Source: a virus
Taxonomy: Duplodnaviria > Caudoviricetes
Direction: 5' to 3' (one strand)
Virus record (IMG/VR): IMGVR_UViG_3300028591_000119
Location: 32,001-96,000 of that record
DNA: 64,000 nucleotides
Made by a program: the position numbers and the translations under genes. Numbering within the stretch: position 1 is the stretch's first letter; every line of letters begins with the position of its first letter. The notes under the pieces were generated by a model. The model saw nothing but the letters and a program-made list of their open reading frames with translations, did not search any database and had not been told where the DNA came from. Shown piece by piece: positions 29,569-39,904 of this stretch.

Positions 29569-31503
29569 TTACATATCGATTTTGCCACTGATTGATTGAT
29601 CGAATTGTATATTGTTTCTAGCATAATCTTTAAGTTTATTGGTGACGTTATTAAAATTAACAAAATTTGACAACGGAAGCTTACCGTCTAATTTTATTTC
29701 TTCATCAGTTTCAATATAAACACAGTTATCAGATACTTGTTTGTGCATTATCTTTGATAATACACCATTATGTTCAGGATCGGCATATATACCAACATTT
29801 CGTAGTTTTGAAGGATCTATCTTATAAATATATAATTTTTCACCACCTAAAAGTTGAGTTAGTATATTTTCAGAATCAATACTATCGATGCCTATTTTAT
29901 TAACGAATCGTTTAAAAAACATCTTATTATAGATCCTTATAAATTCATATATTCCTTCATCAGATATAGGGAATCCATTTTTCATAGCTGGATATTTGGC
30001 TGCATATATTCTGAGTTTATTTCCTTTGGTTATAATGCTCTGACCTAAATCACCTTGACCTCCCATTCCTTCACTATTACCTATAGTAGGGCTTATCTCT
30101 GTTAGATTACTTGAATATGATGTGTGATACAATGTTTGTATATTACTCATATCTATTTTCTTTCTATTATCAACTACTATCTGACAAGTTATAAAGATAT
30201 CGCCGTTTCCTTCATATCCTGCTGAGAAATTATACATTGTCAATGCGGTATTGTTATTTATTTTACCTGTAAACATTTTGAGTTTATTACTTTTCTTCAT
30301 AAAGATATCTAAGAATTCACCATACAAAGTATTCATATCTCTATTCGTTACAGTCGATTTATTACCAGCATTAAAGTATGATATTAATTTATCAACTATT
30401 TCTCTCAAGCGTTTATATTCGTCATCTGTAAAAGTGTTTTTACTTAACAATACTTTACGTAAATCTATACAATATGTATCAAGATAACGTTTAACTGATA
30501 CTCCTTTAACATACTCACCAACGCCAGCATCATCACCCAATATTCGAACATCGGCTTCTACGATTCTCGTAAGTTCAACGTATATTCTCACAATAGAACT
30601 AATATATCCTGTAACCAATGATGAATATAAACCTATTATCTTTTGTTGATGTTTCATGATATTAGTTTCTCTATCAACAACGCCATTATTTAATTCTGAT
30701 ATACATTTATCAAGTTTTCCGCCAATATCGTTTCCTAATTTAGATATTTGATCTAATTGTTTTATTCCTTTAAAATTCGAAATACATAATTTCACGTTAG
30801 TGTAAGTATTGCTATCGGTTGCTTCAACAAACAATTTTTGTTTCATAGCTTGTAAACTAGATATATATTCGCGCACATCTGATTCATTTAATCCGTCAGA
30901 TATAGCTTTAGTTATTAATTCACTAGACGTCTGTATATAATTTAAATTATTTTCTATATTAGCACAATTCGGTACACTCTTAATTCCCTCAAATACAGCA
31001 TATTGATTAATATTTCCAATATCTATAACAGATTGAATTACCTTTCCATTACCTAATAAATATCGTACACCTATATTAGTCTTCGACGACGGATTTATTA
31101 AATCATTTTTTATATTATCCGAATTCTGTTTGATAAAATTGTTGAATTTATTATTCTTTTGGTTTATCACATCAGGCGAAACATTTTCATCTATTTGTAT
31201 ATCTTTAATTTGATGTTTGTTAAACAATATTCCAAATATACGCTTGATAAATCCAATGAATTTATTAAATGCTCTCACAACTGCATCTTTTAATCGTTTA
31301 AAAAAATCAATTATTTTTTGTATAAAAGTCTTTTGATTATTTTGTTCATCAACGACTGATTCGGCACTCAATGTCATTGCTTCTTGTTGTATAATATTAA
31401 GCGCTTCTTGTGATTTATTGTAATCCATAACATGATCTATCAGTTCTTTCTTATCGTTTTTTATTTCAATAGTTGTACCTTTGACAGATATTTTTACATT
31501 CAT
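29569..31503 (-). CDS. Internal head protein with possible C-terminal ADP-ribosyltransferase-like domain
   Basis: Leader MNVKISVKGTTIEIKND, SQE/SAE sites, amphipathic FIQKIIDFFKRL helix; LYHTS...LTEISP...RIYAA. Confidence 0.5.
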   Translation of the reverse strand: MNVKISVKGTTIEIKNDKKELIDHVMDYNKSQEALNIIQQEAMTLSAESVVDEQNNQKTFIQKIIDFFKRLKDAVVRAFNKFIGFIKRIFGILFNKHQIKDIQIDENVSPDVINQKNNKFNNFIKQNSDNIKNDLINPSSKTNIGVRYLLGNGKVIQSVIDIGNINQYAVFEGIKSVPNCANIENNLNYIQTSSELITKAISDGLNESDVREYISSLQAMKQKLFVEATDSNTYTNVKLCISNFKGIKQLDQISKLGNDIGGKLDKCISELNNGVVDRETNIMKHQQKIIGLYSSLVTGYISSIVRIYVELTRIVEADVRILGDDAGVGEYVKGVSVKRYLDTYCIDLRKVLLSKNTFTDDEYKRLREIVDKLISYFNAGNKSTVTNRDMNTLYGEFLDIFMKKSNKLKMFTGKINNNTALTMYNFSAGYEGNGDIFITCQIVVDNRKKIDMSNIQTLYHTSYSSNLTEISPTIGNSEGMGGQGDLGQSIITKGNKLRIYAAKYPAMKNGFPISDEGIYEFIRIYNKMFFKRFVNKIGIDSIDSENILTQLLGGEKLYIYKIDPSKLRNVGIYADPEHNGVLSKIMHKQVSDNCVYIETDEEIKLDGKLPLSNFVNFNNVTNKLKDYARNNIQFDQSISGKIDM

Positions 31504-31562
31504 ATTTTTCCTCGTAGTTTTTGAAATTACCCCCCCCCGATATGATGGGGAGAGGGATAAAT

Positions 31563-34500
31563 TTATAATACCATTATAGAAATATTAGGTACAAATTTAA
31601 CATCATTATTTGTCAAATCCGAATTAGTTTCATCTATTACATTCTGAATACAAAGATATTCATTATCTATATTTTCTTCTAATGAATCTTCTTTATATAT
31701 AGTTTGACATTCTGTAGATTCGTAATTATTCAAACCATAATATTCAAAATATAATATAGATGGAACGTTTTGTTTAATATTATCTAGCATAGCATTAATG
31801 TTAAATTCTAGGGATTTATTATCTGTTTGTATATTCTTAACATAATCAATTATCTCTGTCTTAATTGTTTCTATCAAGAATTCGGTGTTCTTCTCAGTAA
31901 TATTATCTTCAAATTTTACACCTAATCTCAAACTGATAGCTAATGAATCAAGATATTGTTTCTCATAGGTTTTATTATTTTGAAAATAATAATATTTACT
32001 TTCACCTGAAGTAGTTTTAAGACCCAGATATAGATTACCGTCATCTACGAATATATCATCCATAGCTGCAATTTTATCTATTAATTGATTATAAGATTTT
32101 AATACATTAAAGAAATTACTAGGAATAGCAAATGCTCTAGAGAAAGCAGGAATGTCATTTAATAAACAAATCTGTTTAGAATCTTCTTTAATAACAGGCT
32201 TTCCGTTAGAATCCATTATTATATCGTTCTTGCGATATTTATAAGTGATATTTCCGGTTTTACCACCAAAGTAGATAACGTTATTACCATTCTTTGAATC
32301 GTAAGAACAGCATGAAATAGTATTTTTAATGAAATCTCCTTCAGAAGTAATACCGCCGGATTGGCTATTATATGGTTCCCACGCGTTTGTGATAGTTTCA
32401 TAATTTGATATTCGTCCATTATCACCACAGAACAATATAGTTGTTCCATAAGCCATAACTGCAAAAATATCTGCTCCATCCATGTACTTTCCATCAGAGC
32501 ATAAACCACCACCAGCATTATAATTATTCCACTGATTTTTAATGATGTTATAACTAGCCACATATCCATTTCTACCTGCTTGGATAAAATTACTTCCAGA
32601 TATTTCACATGAATACATAGTTTTATTGTCTACAACATTACCGTCATTAAGCAATGTAACTTCACCAGTAGTTAAATCGACTACAGAAGATACACCATCA
32701 ATACCTGTAAGGTAAATACTGTTCTCAAGATATTTTGCTGAAGATAATATTGCTCGATATCCTCTATCAGAACCGTCTGAGAAAATATTCTCACGACTTC
32801 TAGTTCCAATATCAGAGTCAAAGTTACGCCAACCAGCATATCCTTCATCAAGTGACAATGAACAGATTCTACCTGCTCCACCAGCAAATAACAAATATTG
32901 CTTTTCTGAAGTAGTACCGTTAGGAGAAACAGTAGTGACGGTATAGTCTTGACATGTATACAATGCGTTATACTCGTTACTTCCATTATTGATACATCTA
33001 CCGTTACTATAATATACTGTAACTCCACCTGAGTTATCTTGATTACTTCCGTCGAACTTATTCCAAGTATTAGTTGCTAATTTACAACAAACCAAACGAC
33101 CCATATCGCCGAATGCTAAAAGAATCTGATATTTAACATCATTTACAACTCGTTCGATAATTTTAAGACCACGAATTGCACATTTCTTAGTTACACCATC
33201 TGTAGGATCCATGTACGAACCGAGCAACGTGTCACCTTTTATAACATAACCAGAAGAATCACCAACATCAGGATCTCTAAAGTTTTTCTTATTAGTTCCA
33301 CTACTAGCTTCATTATAAGGATGCCATTTATTGTATTTTATATCATAACAACCGATGCGTCCATCGTCGCCAGCAAAAATTACAAGGTTATTCCATTCGA
33401 CTATCGCATGTATAGCCACGCCACCTAAAACATTTCCAGCATCATAAATACCTGTTTCAGTAGCTTCATTAGACCATTTCCAAGAATTAGCCGAGTTAGC
33501 GTTATATGTACCAACTCTACCATCAAGTTCCTTCTTGATATCTCCGGCATAATGTAATGGAGTATATCTATTTCCAGAAGACAATGAACCGTCTGGTAAT
33601 TCTGTTGTTACAGCAGAAATTTCGTATGTACCATCATCTTTAGTTTTATAAACATTTTCGGTATATACATCTGGAATATCAGAATCAGCAGTTTGATAAA
33701 CTGGCTGTGTTAATTTTAAGTCAGATACAATATTTATTTCTTCAGTCATATTTCTAGATAAAACTATATCTGAACAGCTGTAAATTATTCCTACATAATA
33801 TTTATTATTCTGCTCATATGCAGTAAGGTATTGTTTGTATTCTTGAGGCACGGAACCATCTGTATTAGATTTGAATAATACGACTACGTCTATATCTATT
33901 ACATTATCTACATAATAGAATCCATATTGTACTTTTGAATAAGGAATTTCGTTCAAAGTGTTATTGTCTATACATATCTTATCATCATCTAATACACTAC
34001 TATTAGTATGCATATTAGTTATACAATGGATTACATTATTTGATTCTTTATCGAATTCACAGTCATCTAAAGAAATATTTCTAGCATAAATACTTCCATC
34101 AGATTTATTTTTCAATAAAATTCTAAATTTAACATATTCTTCATCAGATGACACTTTTTCTTTAATAGATTTAAGATGTTCATATATGAAATCGCTAACA
34201 TATACATCAAATGCTAATCTATAATAATCTTTTTCATATGAATCTTCGGCAATAAGATTTGATGAAATTGGGTTTCTATAAATCATCAAATTAGTTATAC
34301 TTGCCTTATCATATATTTCATCTGATACATAAGTGAATTGTGTTGATTTTGTCTCATCAATACTTTCATCATATACATTAACATCGAGTGAATCACCATT
34401 CTTTATTTTTATGAAATATGGGAATATATATTGCTCTTTAGTCAAATCTTTCTTATATTCATTGTAATATGTGTTATATACGGAAAGAGTTTTATCGTTG

Positions 34501-35876
34501 AGTAATTTATATATCTTACTCTCTTTATCATATGTGAAAGCATTGCTCGGTGTTATCATTCTTGAATTTGTTTCTGTGTTAACTGGTATTTCATCAAATG
34601 AAAAATATCCATCAATGGTTTTAGATGGAATAATGTAACCGTTTTCCACATTGGTCAAGAATGAAGAAAGTACATATTCTAGAGCATATAAATCGTGTCG
34701 TTTTTTAAACGGTGAAAATCCTCGTTTATTAGCTACAGATTTAATTGTTGCTGGAGTAATTACTTCGCCATTACCAGATTGTATTACTAAACTGCGAATA
34801 CCTTCTATATCAAGCGAATTTTTACCACCTACAGATTCATTTGAAATAATTGAACATGTTGGTATTATCTGAAGCAAAGCGTATTGTGATGCGTCTGCTA
34901 CATTCTGATTAAATAACATGTTCATATCTTGTGAAGTATTTTTATCAATTTGACCCAAAGTATAATTTCCATCTTCACCAGCAGTAGTATAAGTTATTAT
35001 CTTGATAACCCCATTAGTAGGATTGAATGCGTCTGGTAATTTTGAAAATTTAAATTTAATACTATTATTGTTTCCTGTATTTCCTAATGTGTAACATAAA
35101 CCATCGGTATAAATTTCACCCTCAAGATAACAATTCACTTTAGTAAAAGTATTAGAACTTTGAGATTTGTATAATACCACAAATCCCATAAGTTTATCTG
35201 AATATTGAACAAGTATATCTTTAGGTTCACCTGTCATATCAAAAGTATCGATTTTACGATTAAATTGTTTAATGTTTAAATACATAGAAAACATTTGTTT
35301 TCCATTTATAACAACATCGTTTCGAGAATTGATATAAGGATTATTGATAGATAAAATATTACCAGATTCAAGATCATCCGTATCATACATTGCATACGTA
35401 GAATATGATATTTTACCTTCATTATTGTATTTAGTTGTAAAAATATCGATATTATAATCAAGGGTGAACGGAGGATTATTTCCGATAAGAAATATTGTAT
35501 TTTTATTTAATGTAAGTTTATATTTACCATCACTCTGAATAACAGATTTTTGTATAATATCGTCTATAGGATATGAAACTACTATTTGTGTATTACTAGG
35601 GGTACCATAAATAGAAGCTAAATCCTCAGACTTTAAATTTCTCAACAATGACTTTGCTAAAATAGCAGTTGATGGAGTCAATTCACGTTTAGCCATAAGC
35701 ATTGAGAAATTCGAAAAAGCAGATATTTTACCTAATGTACTTGCAAGTAATTTGTTGAAACTACTAGGTGCTTCATTAAGTTTTTCATCAGGTTTTAATA
35801 CCCATTCTTCGAGATTATTTATAAATTCTAATGCAGAACTTTGTATACTCGTTTTATTAATATCATTCCAACTCAT
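31563..35876 (-). CDS. Baseplate wedge protein (gp6-like) with beta-propeller insertion
   Basis: PSTAILAKSL, TYTTAGEDGNY and GGKNSLDIEGIR resemble wedge motifs; seven F/A-G-x-x-G-R repeats; GAAGGT SD favours ATG 35876. Confidence 0.7.
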   Translation of the reverse strand: MSWNDINKTSIQSSALEFINNLEEWVLKPDEKLNEAPSSFNKLLASTLGKISAFSNFSMLMAKRELTPSTAILAKSLLRNLKSEDLASIYGTPSNTQIVVSYPIDDIIQKSVIQSDGKYKLTLNKNTIFLIGNNPPFTLDYNIDIFTTKYNNEGKISYSTYAMYDTDDLESGNILSINNPYINSRNDVVINGKQMFSMYLNIKQFNRKIDTFDMTGEPKDILVQYSDKLMGFVVLYKSQSSNTFTKVNCYLEGEIYTDGLCYTLGNTGNNNSIKFKFSKLPDAFNPTNGVIKIITYTTAGEDGNYTLGQIDKNTSQDMNMLFNQNVADASQYALLQIIPTCSIISNESVGGKNSLDIEGIRSLVIQSGNGEVITPATIKSVANKRGFSPFKKRHDLYALEYVLSSFLTNVENGYIIPSKTIDGYFSFDEIPVNTETNSRMITPSNAFTYDKESKIYKLLNDKTLSVYNTYYNEYKKDLTKEQYIFPYFIKIKNGDSLDVNVYDESIDETKSTQFTYVSDEIYDKASITNLMIYRNPISSNLIAEDSYEKDYYRLAFDVYVSDFIYEHLKSIKEKVSSDEEYVKFRILLKNKSDGSIYARNISLDDCEFDKESNNVIHCITNMHTNSSVLDDDKICIDNNTLNEIPYSKVQYGFYYVDNVIDIDVVVLFKSNTDGSVPQEYKQYLTAYEQNNKYYVGIIYSCSDIVLSRNMTEEINIVSDLKLTQPVYQTADSDIPDVYTENVYKTKDDGTYEISAVTTELPDGSLSSGNRYTPLHYAGDIKKELDGRVGTYNANSANSWKWSNEATETGIYDAGNVLGGVAIHAIVEWNNLVIFAGDDGRIGCYDIKYNKWHPYNEASSGTNKKNFRDPDVGDSSGYVIKGDTLLGSYMDPTDGVTKKCAIRGLKIIERVVNDVKYQILLAFGDMGRLVCCKLATNTWNKFDGSNQDNSGGVTVYYSNGRCINNGSNEYNALYTCQDYTVTTVSPNGTTSEKQYLLFAGGAGRICSLSLDEGYAGWRNFDSDIGTRSRENIFSDGSDRGYRAILSSAKYLENSIYLTGIDGVSSVVDLTTGEVTLLNDGNVVDNKTMYSCEISGSNFIQAGRNGYVASYNIIKNQWNNYNAGGGLCSDGKYMDGADIFAVMAYGTTILFCGDNGRISNYETITNAWEPYNSQSGGITSEGDFIKNTISCCSYDSKNGNNVIYFGGKTGNITYKYRKNDIIMDSNGKPVIKEDSKQICLLNDIPAFSRAFAIPSNFFNVLKSYNQLIDKIAAMDDIFVDDGNLYLGLKTTSGESKYYYFQNNKTYEKQYLDSLAISLRLGVKFEDNITEKNTEFLIETIKTEIIDYVKNIQTDNKSLEFNINAMLDNIKQNVPSILYFEYYGLNNYESTECQTIYKEDSLEENIDNEYLCIQNVIDETNSDLTNNDVKFVPNISIMVL

Positions 35877-35891
35877 ATTATTAACCTTCAA

Positions 35892-37307
35892 TTACAAATA
35901 CATTAATTTATTTCCGTCTACTATATATGGAGATCTATAATTATATACATCTCCTAAATCACCTCTATATTTACCTAATTGTGAATTTTTGAAAGATTTT
36001 AATTTTCCTTCATCATTCTTAGATAGGTCTATATCAGAAGTATCACCAAACAATTTATTTGAATCGATCGTATTACCAGATTCGAATGGTCCCATATCAT
36101 CGGCTCTCAATATATTACTTTTTGGTGTAATTAATTTACTAGGAACTTTAGAAGGATTCCATGTGTTTCTAAAATATATGGCTTCTTTTTCAGTTATAGT
36201 GTGATTTCTACTAAAGAAAAAATCAGACGCATCATCGAAATCTCGATTTATACCATAAATAGAATTTTTAAAACCTTTGCCGTCCCTACAAGTTAAAGCT
36301 GTTTCAGCTATCATGTTGAATTCAGCAAAATTCACAGGATCCATAGGACAAGCAAAATTATACTGAAATGGTACAGAAAACTTAGACAACGATTGTATAT
36401 CGATGTCTTTAGAATGCATAATATTCGCAAAAGGAATCATTTTAGGAAATGCACCAGCATATCTAGTAACTCTTAATATAGTTTTTTGATCGGTGTCAAG
36501 CATAAACACGTAAATAGAACAAGTATAATCAATTATCCTATTTATAATATATTTTAATTCAGGATTACATACTGCTTTTGCAACATAATGCATATAATAT
36601 ACCCAAATTAAAATCGTAAAGAATGCTGGTGAACCATAAATATCTTCAAAGTTTAAAGTTATTTCACCTGGGCCTCGACTTTCATTTATACCTGAGGCAT
36701 ACACTAAGTGATTTCCTGAAAAATTGGAATCAGTTTGTTCTGTTTCAAGTACGATGTCTTTTCCATTACTTACTTCAGTACATAAATTACTTAATACTGG
36801 TATAAATGGAGTTTTATCAATTTCATAAGAATATTTTAAAATCTCTTTTTCATCACCAAAAACGCCGTAGTTTCCAACAATACAGTCATCCGCAGTTCCC
36901 TTAAGTATCTTACATGTTTCATAAGTTATATTTTTATCAGGTTCACCTTTTTTATATAAACCACCATAGCTGACATTATTGATAATATCTGGATACATTA
37001 AAAATCTAGCAACAGTTCTTCCCAAATTACTACCTGTACCATATGATAATACTCTACTTCTTACTATATTTCCAGGATTTCTTAAATTGAGATTTGGACG
37101 TGTTATATAAACTCTGGTTCTACCTACTTTTTGGGGATCTGTATACACTCTACCACTATTGTTAAAAAAACCTATATTAGATGCTACTGGATCGGCTACG
37201 TTCATACTCATATTATCTAATACATATGAGTACATCGTTTCCAATTCATCTAGCAGCTCATTATTTATCGTATATTGTAATGATTTAGGAGTTATTATAG
37301 ATGGCAT
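35892..37307 (-). CDS. Tail-tube-fold virion/baseplate protein
   Basis: 471 aa; YITRPNLNL, EITLNFED...IWVYY...IDYTCSIYVF...GAFP pattern; GACA-N6-TG at 37335-37346. Confidence 0.55.
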   Translation of the reverse strand: MPSIITPKSLQYTINNELLDELETMYSYVLDNMSMNVADPVASNIGFFNNSGRVYTDPQKVGRTRVYITRPNLNLRNPGNIVRSRVLSYGTGSNLGRTVARFLMYPDIINNVSYGGLYKKGEPDKNITYETCKILKGTADDCIVGNYGVFGDEKEILKYSYEIDKTPFIPVLSNLCTEVSNGKDIVLETEQTDSNFSGNHLVYASGINESRGPGEITLNFEDIYGSPAFFTILIWVYYMHYVAKAVCNPELKYIINRIIDYTCSIYVFMLDTDQKTILRVTRYAGAFPKMIPFANIMHSKDIDIQSLSKFSVPFQYNFACPMDPVNFAEFNMIAETALTCRDGKGFKNSIYGINRDFDDASDFFFSRNHTITEKEAIYFRNTWNPSKVPSKLITPKSNILRADDMGPFESGNTIDSNKLFGDTSDIDLSKNDEGKLKSFKNSQLGKYRGDLGDVYNYRSPYIVDGNKLMYL

Positions 37308-37458
37308 AAAAATCTCCTATATAAAAAATTTAATCATAAAAATGTCAAAAAATTAATCTTTAAAATAAATATATATTAATTCATTGTAAGAAGAAAAATA
37401 TATAATATTATAAATATTAAAAAACATAATTTTGTTATAAATATTGTGGAGGATATAA

Positions 37459-37845
37459 ATGCCTGAGGAAGAAATTGAAGTAAAAACTGATTACGAACCA
37501 ACTGTTAAGGAAGAAGTTGAATTTAATATATCAACAGTTGCTAATCCTAAAACTAAACGTACTCGTGCTAAAAACGCAGTTAATGATCTAGTTGAAATTG
37601 TAGAAAATGGTAAACCTTCTGGAAAAATTCATAAAGCTTATAAAAATAATGATACTGTAAAAGAATTTGCTAGCAATACTGCTGATTTAATGGCAGAATC
37701 ATCTAGACAAATTCTTAGCGAAATGGATAAACAAGAAAACGAAATGATGAATGAACTCGTCAATCGTGTATATAAACCAACTGTTAAAGTTGATGATTCT
37801 AGCTCAGATTTAGATAATGTAATGAATTCACTTAGATTATTCTAA
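37459..37845 (+). CDS. Hypothetical protein
   Basis: 128 aa, GGAGG SD, AACA-N6-TG at 37423-37434. Confidence 0.75.
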   Translation: MPEEEIEVKTDYEPTVKEEVEFNISTVANPKTKRTRAKNAVNDLVEIVENGKPSGKIHKAYKNNDTVKEFASNTADLMAESSRQILSEMDKQENEMMNELVNRVYKPTVKVDDSSSDLDNVMNSLRLF

Positions 37846-37868
37846 ATATATTTGTCTCCTTACTTTTT

Positions 37869-37900
37869 GCACCCACTGTCAGTGGGTGCTTTTTCTTTTT
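37869..37900 (+). terminator. Intrinsic terminator
   Basis: GCACCCACTG-t-CAGTGGGTGC then T-tract. Confidence 0.8.
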
Positions 37901-37955
37901 ATTGATAAAAAGATTATATATTAAAAATATAGAATTCATAATAAGGAGATAAAAT

Positions 37956-38477
37956 ATGAATATTGAAATTTTTAAAGTAAAAGATGTCTCATTGAAAGAC
38001 ATCCCAGTTTCACCATTTGATTCTTTTAGTGTTTTTGAAAAGTTTAATCATAAATTTGATGAAATTTTCAAAGATACATATGTGTATTCAAGTGCAAGCG
38101 GTATGCCATTAGTACTAACACCTTTGCAAAGAATCGTCATGACACCAGAAATAATGACATATATTAATAAAGTAGCAACGTGTGTACCATCATCTCATTT
38201 CAAAGAAAATGACGAGATTATTGAAAAATCTATATCATTTGATAATTGGGTAAGAGATGTGGTATTCGTTAATGGAGATGGGAAATATGAGAAAATTCCT
38301 ATTTCTCATGTCGTTATGAATATGGTAACAAAACTTCGAATAGTTGAAAACACTAACGGTTTTGGTCCAAATGCAAATGTTCTGGCTGACACAGAAATAT
38401 TTGTGTCAATAAATTATGACAAAGATAGAACATCAAGTACAATATTTGATTCTTTCATTGATATGATTTACGACTAA
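37956..38477 (+). CDS. Hypothetical protein (putative early)
   Basis: 173 aa, AAGGAG SD, TATATTAA at 37917; terminator 38497-38529. Confidence 0.7.
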   Translation: MNIEIFKVKDVSLKDIPVSPFDSFSVFEKFNHKFDEIFKDTYVYSSASGMPLVLTPLQRIVMTPEIMTYINKVATCVPSSHFKENDEIIEKSISFDNWVRDVVFVNGDGKYEKIPISHVVMNMVTKLRIVENTNGFGPNANVLADTEIFVSINYDKDRTSSTIFDSFIDMIYD

Positions 38478-38590
38478 ATTACGCACAATTTCACACAAAT
38501 AACGGAGATTAATTTCTCCGTTATTTTTTCTTTAGCAAAAAACAAAATAATGATTAAATACTAAAATTATCTATTAATGGAGTATAAAAT

Positions 38591-39901
38591 ATGATAGGTA
38601 CAGTTATTGAAATTGCTGATGCAATAGGTACAATTGCAGATAAAACTGGTAAAGTGGTGGATAATGCTACTAAAACGGCAGTAGCTTATCAGGACGCTAA
38701 ACAGGCTACAATGAGTATCGCTGAAAAAGCTAAAAAATCAGTTATGATGTATAAAGTTTGGATTTCTTCGGGTATTAGAGAAGCCAAACTTGCTTCACAG
38801 ATCAATAAATGGCTTGAAAACATGTACGCTATTTTCACAATGATGGTATTGGGATACAATCCTATGGCATCAAATAATGATGAAATTAGTCGAATCGTAC
38901 AAGGTATTTCAGCCGAATCATTCAAACCTAACTATGATACTAGAACGCAAGAAGCAGCATTTGCTGCAGCTATGCAAGAAATCGAGTCTGAAAGAAACTA
39001 CGGTAAAAGACAACCTAGAATCGGTAAAAATGCAGTTATGTCAAAAGAAGCAGATCCTAGTATTACTACTTTACCTGATGATACTGAGATAGTAGGTAAT
39101 TCAGGTAATCTTGGAGACGTTAGAAAAGACGCTATTAAAAATTATAAAGCTAGTAATCATAATGCTAAACTCATCGATATGAAATTCATCGACAATGTGC
39201 AGAAAAATAATAACACAGCATATCCTACAGTAGTAAATATGAAAATTAATACTGGCTCTGGTGTAGTTTCTATTCCTCTTGCTATTAAATGTAATCTTTA
39301 TCCTATTGGAACTGAAGAAATGAGATTACTCATTGAATCAGGTATTTCAGGCAAGATGTTTGATTACATTAGACGTATTAAATGGCGTTCTGGAGAAATT
39401 TCTACACTCGCTTGGATTTTTAATACAGATATTTCTAAACGAAGTAAAACTTTGTATGAAAAACTTGGACGCAATCCAATGTTCCAAGAATTACAACAGA
39501 GAAAAGCTGCGTCTAAATCATCGTTCTGGTCAAAATTCTTAACACGTTTTGGTACAGAATATGAATCTGGAGATAAAGCTACTGCTTATAAACAGATTAA
39601 TGCAAACATCGCTAACGTTCCTCCTACATCATCTATGATTGTATCTACAGATGATTTAGTTGCTGCATCTAGATTAAACATAGAACACTTCACTAAAAAT
39701 GAAGGTTTTATCAACCGATTCATGAAAGATAATTTCTTACTTTGTCTCGGTATAGTTGATCTTGTTGCTGAGGAATGTAGTTTCTTTATTATGGGATATA
39801 AAAATCCATTTAAAGTTTCTTTTACTGATTTGGAAAATAAATATGAAAATCAGAACGATTCTATGTTAAAAATCATTAACGAATTATCAAGGAAGGTGTA
39901 A
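38591..39901 (+). CDS. Putative virion (head) protein
   Basis: 436 aa, AACA-N6-TG at 38541-38552, SAE-S and SKE-A sites. Confidence 0.55.
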   Translation: MIGTVIEIADAIGTIADKTGKVVDNATKTAVAYQDAKQATMSIAEKAKKSVMMYKVWISSGIREAKLASQINKWLENMYAIFTMMVLGYNPMASNNDEISRIVQGISAESFKPNYDTRTQEAAFAAAMQEIESERNYGKRQPRIGKNAVMSKEADPSITTLPDDTEIVGNSGNLGDVRKDAIKNYKASNHNAKLIDMKFIDNVQKNNNTAYPTVVNMKINTGSGVVSIPLAIKCNLYPIGTEEMRLLIESGISGKMFDYIRRIKWRSGEISTLAWIFNTDISKRSKTLYEKLGRNPMFQELQQRKAASKSSFWSKFLTRFGTEYESGDKATAYKQINANIANVPPTSSMIVSTDDLVAASRLNIEHFTKNEGFINRFMKDNFLLCLGIVDLVAEECSFFIMGYKNPFKVSFTDLENKYENQNDSMLKIINELSRKV

Positions 39902-39904
39902 GTA

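Noticed and set aside
31528-31562. C9 tract as a phase-variation site
   Set aside because: It is intergenic and pairs with the adjacent G-rich run, so it is better explained as a hairpin stem.
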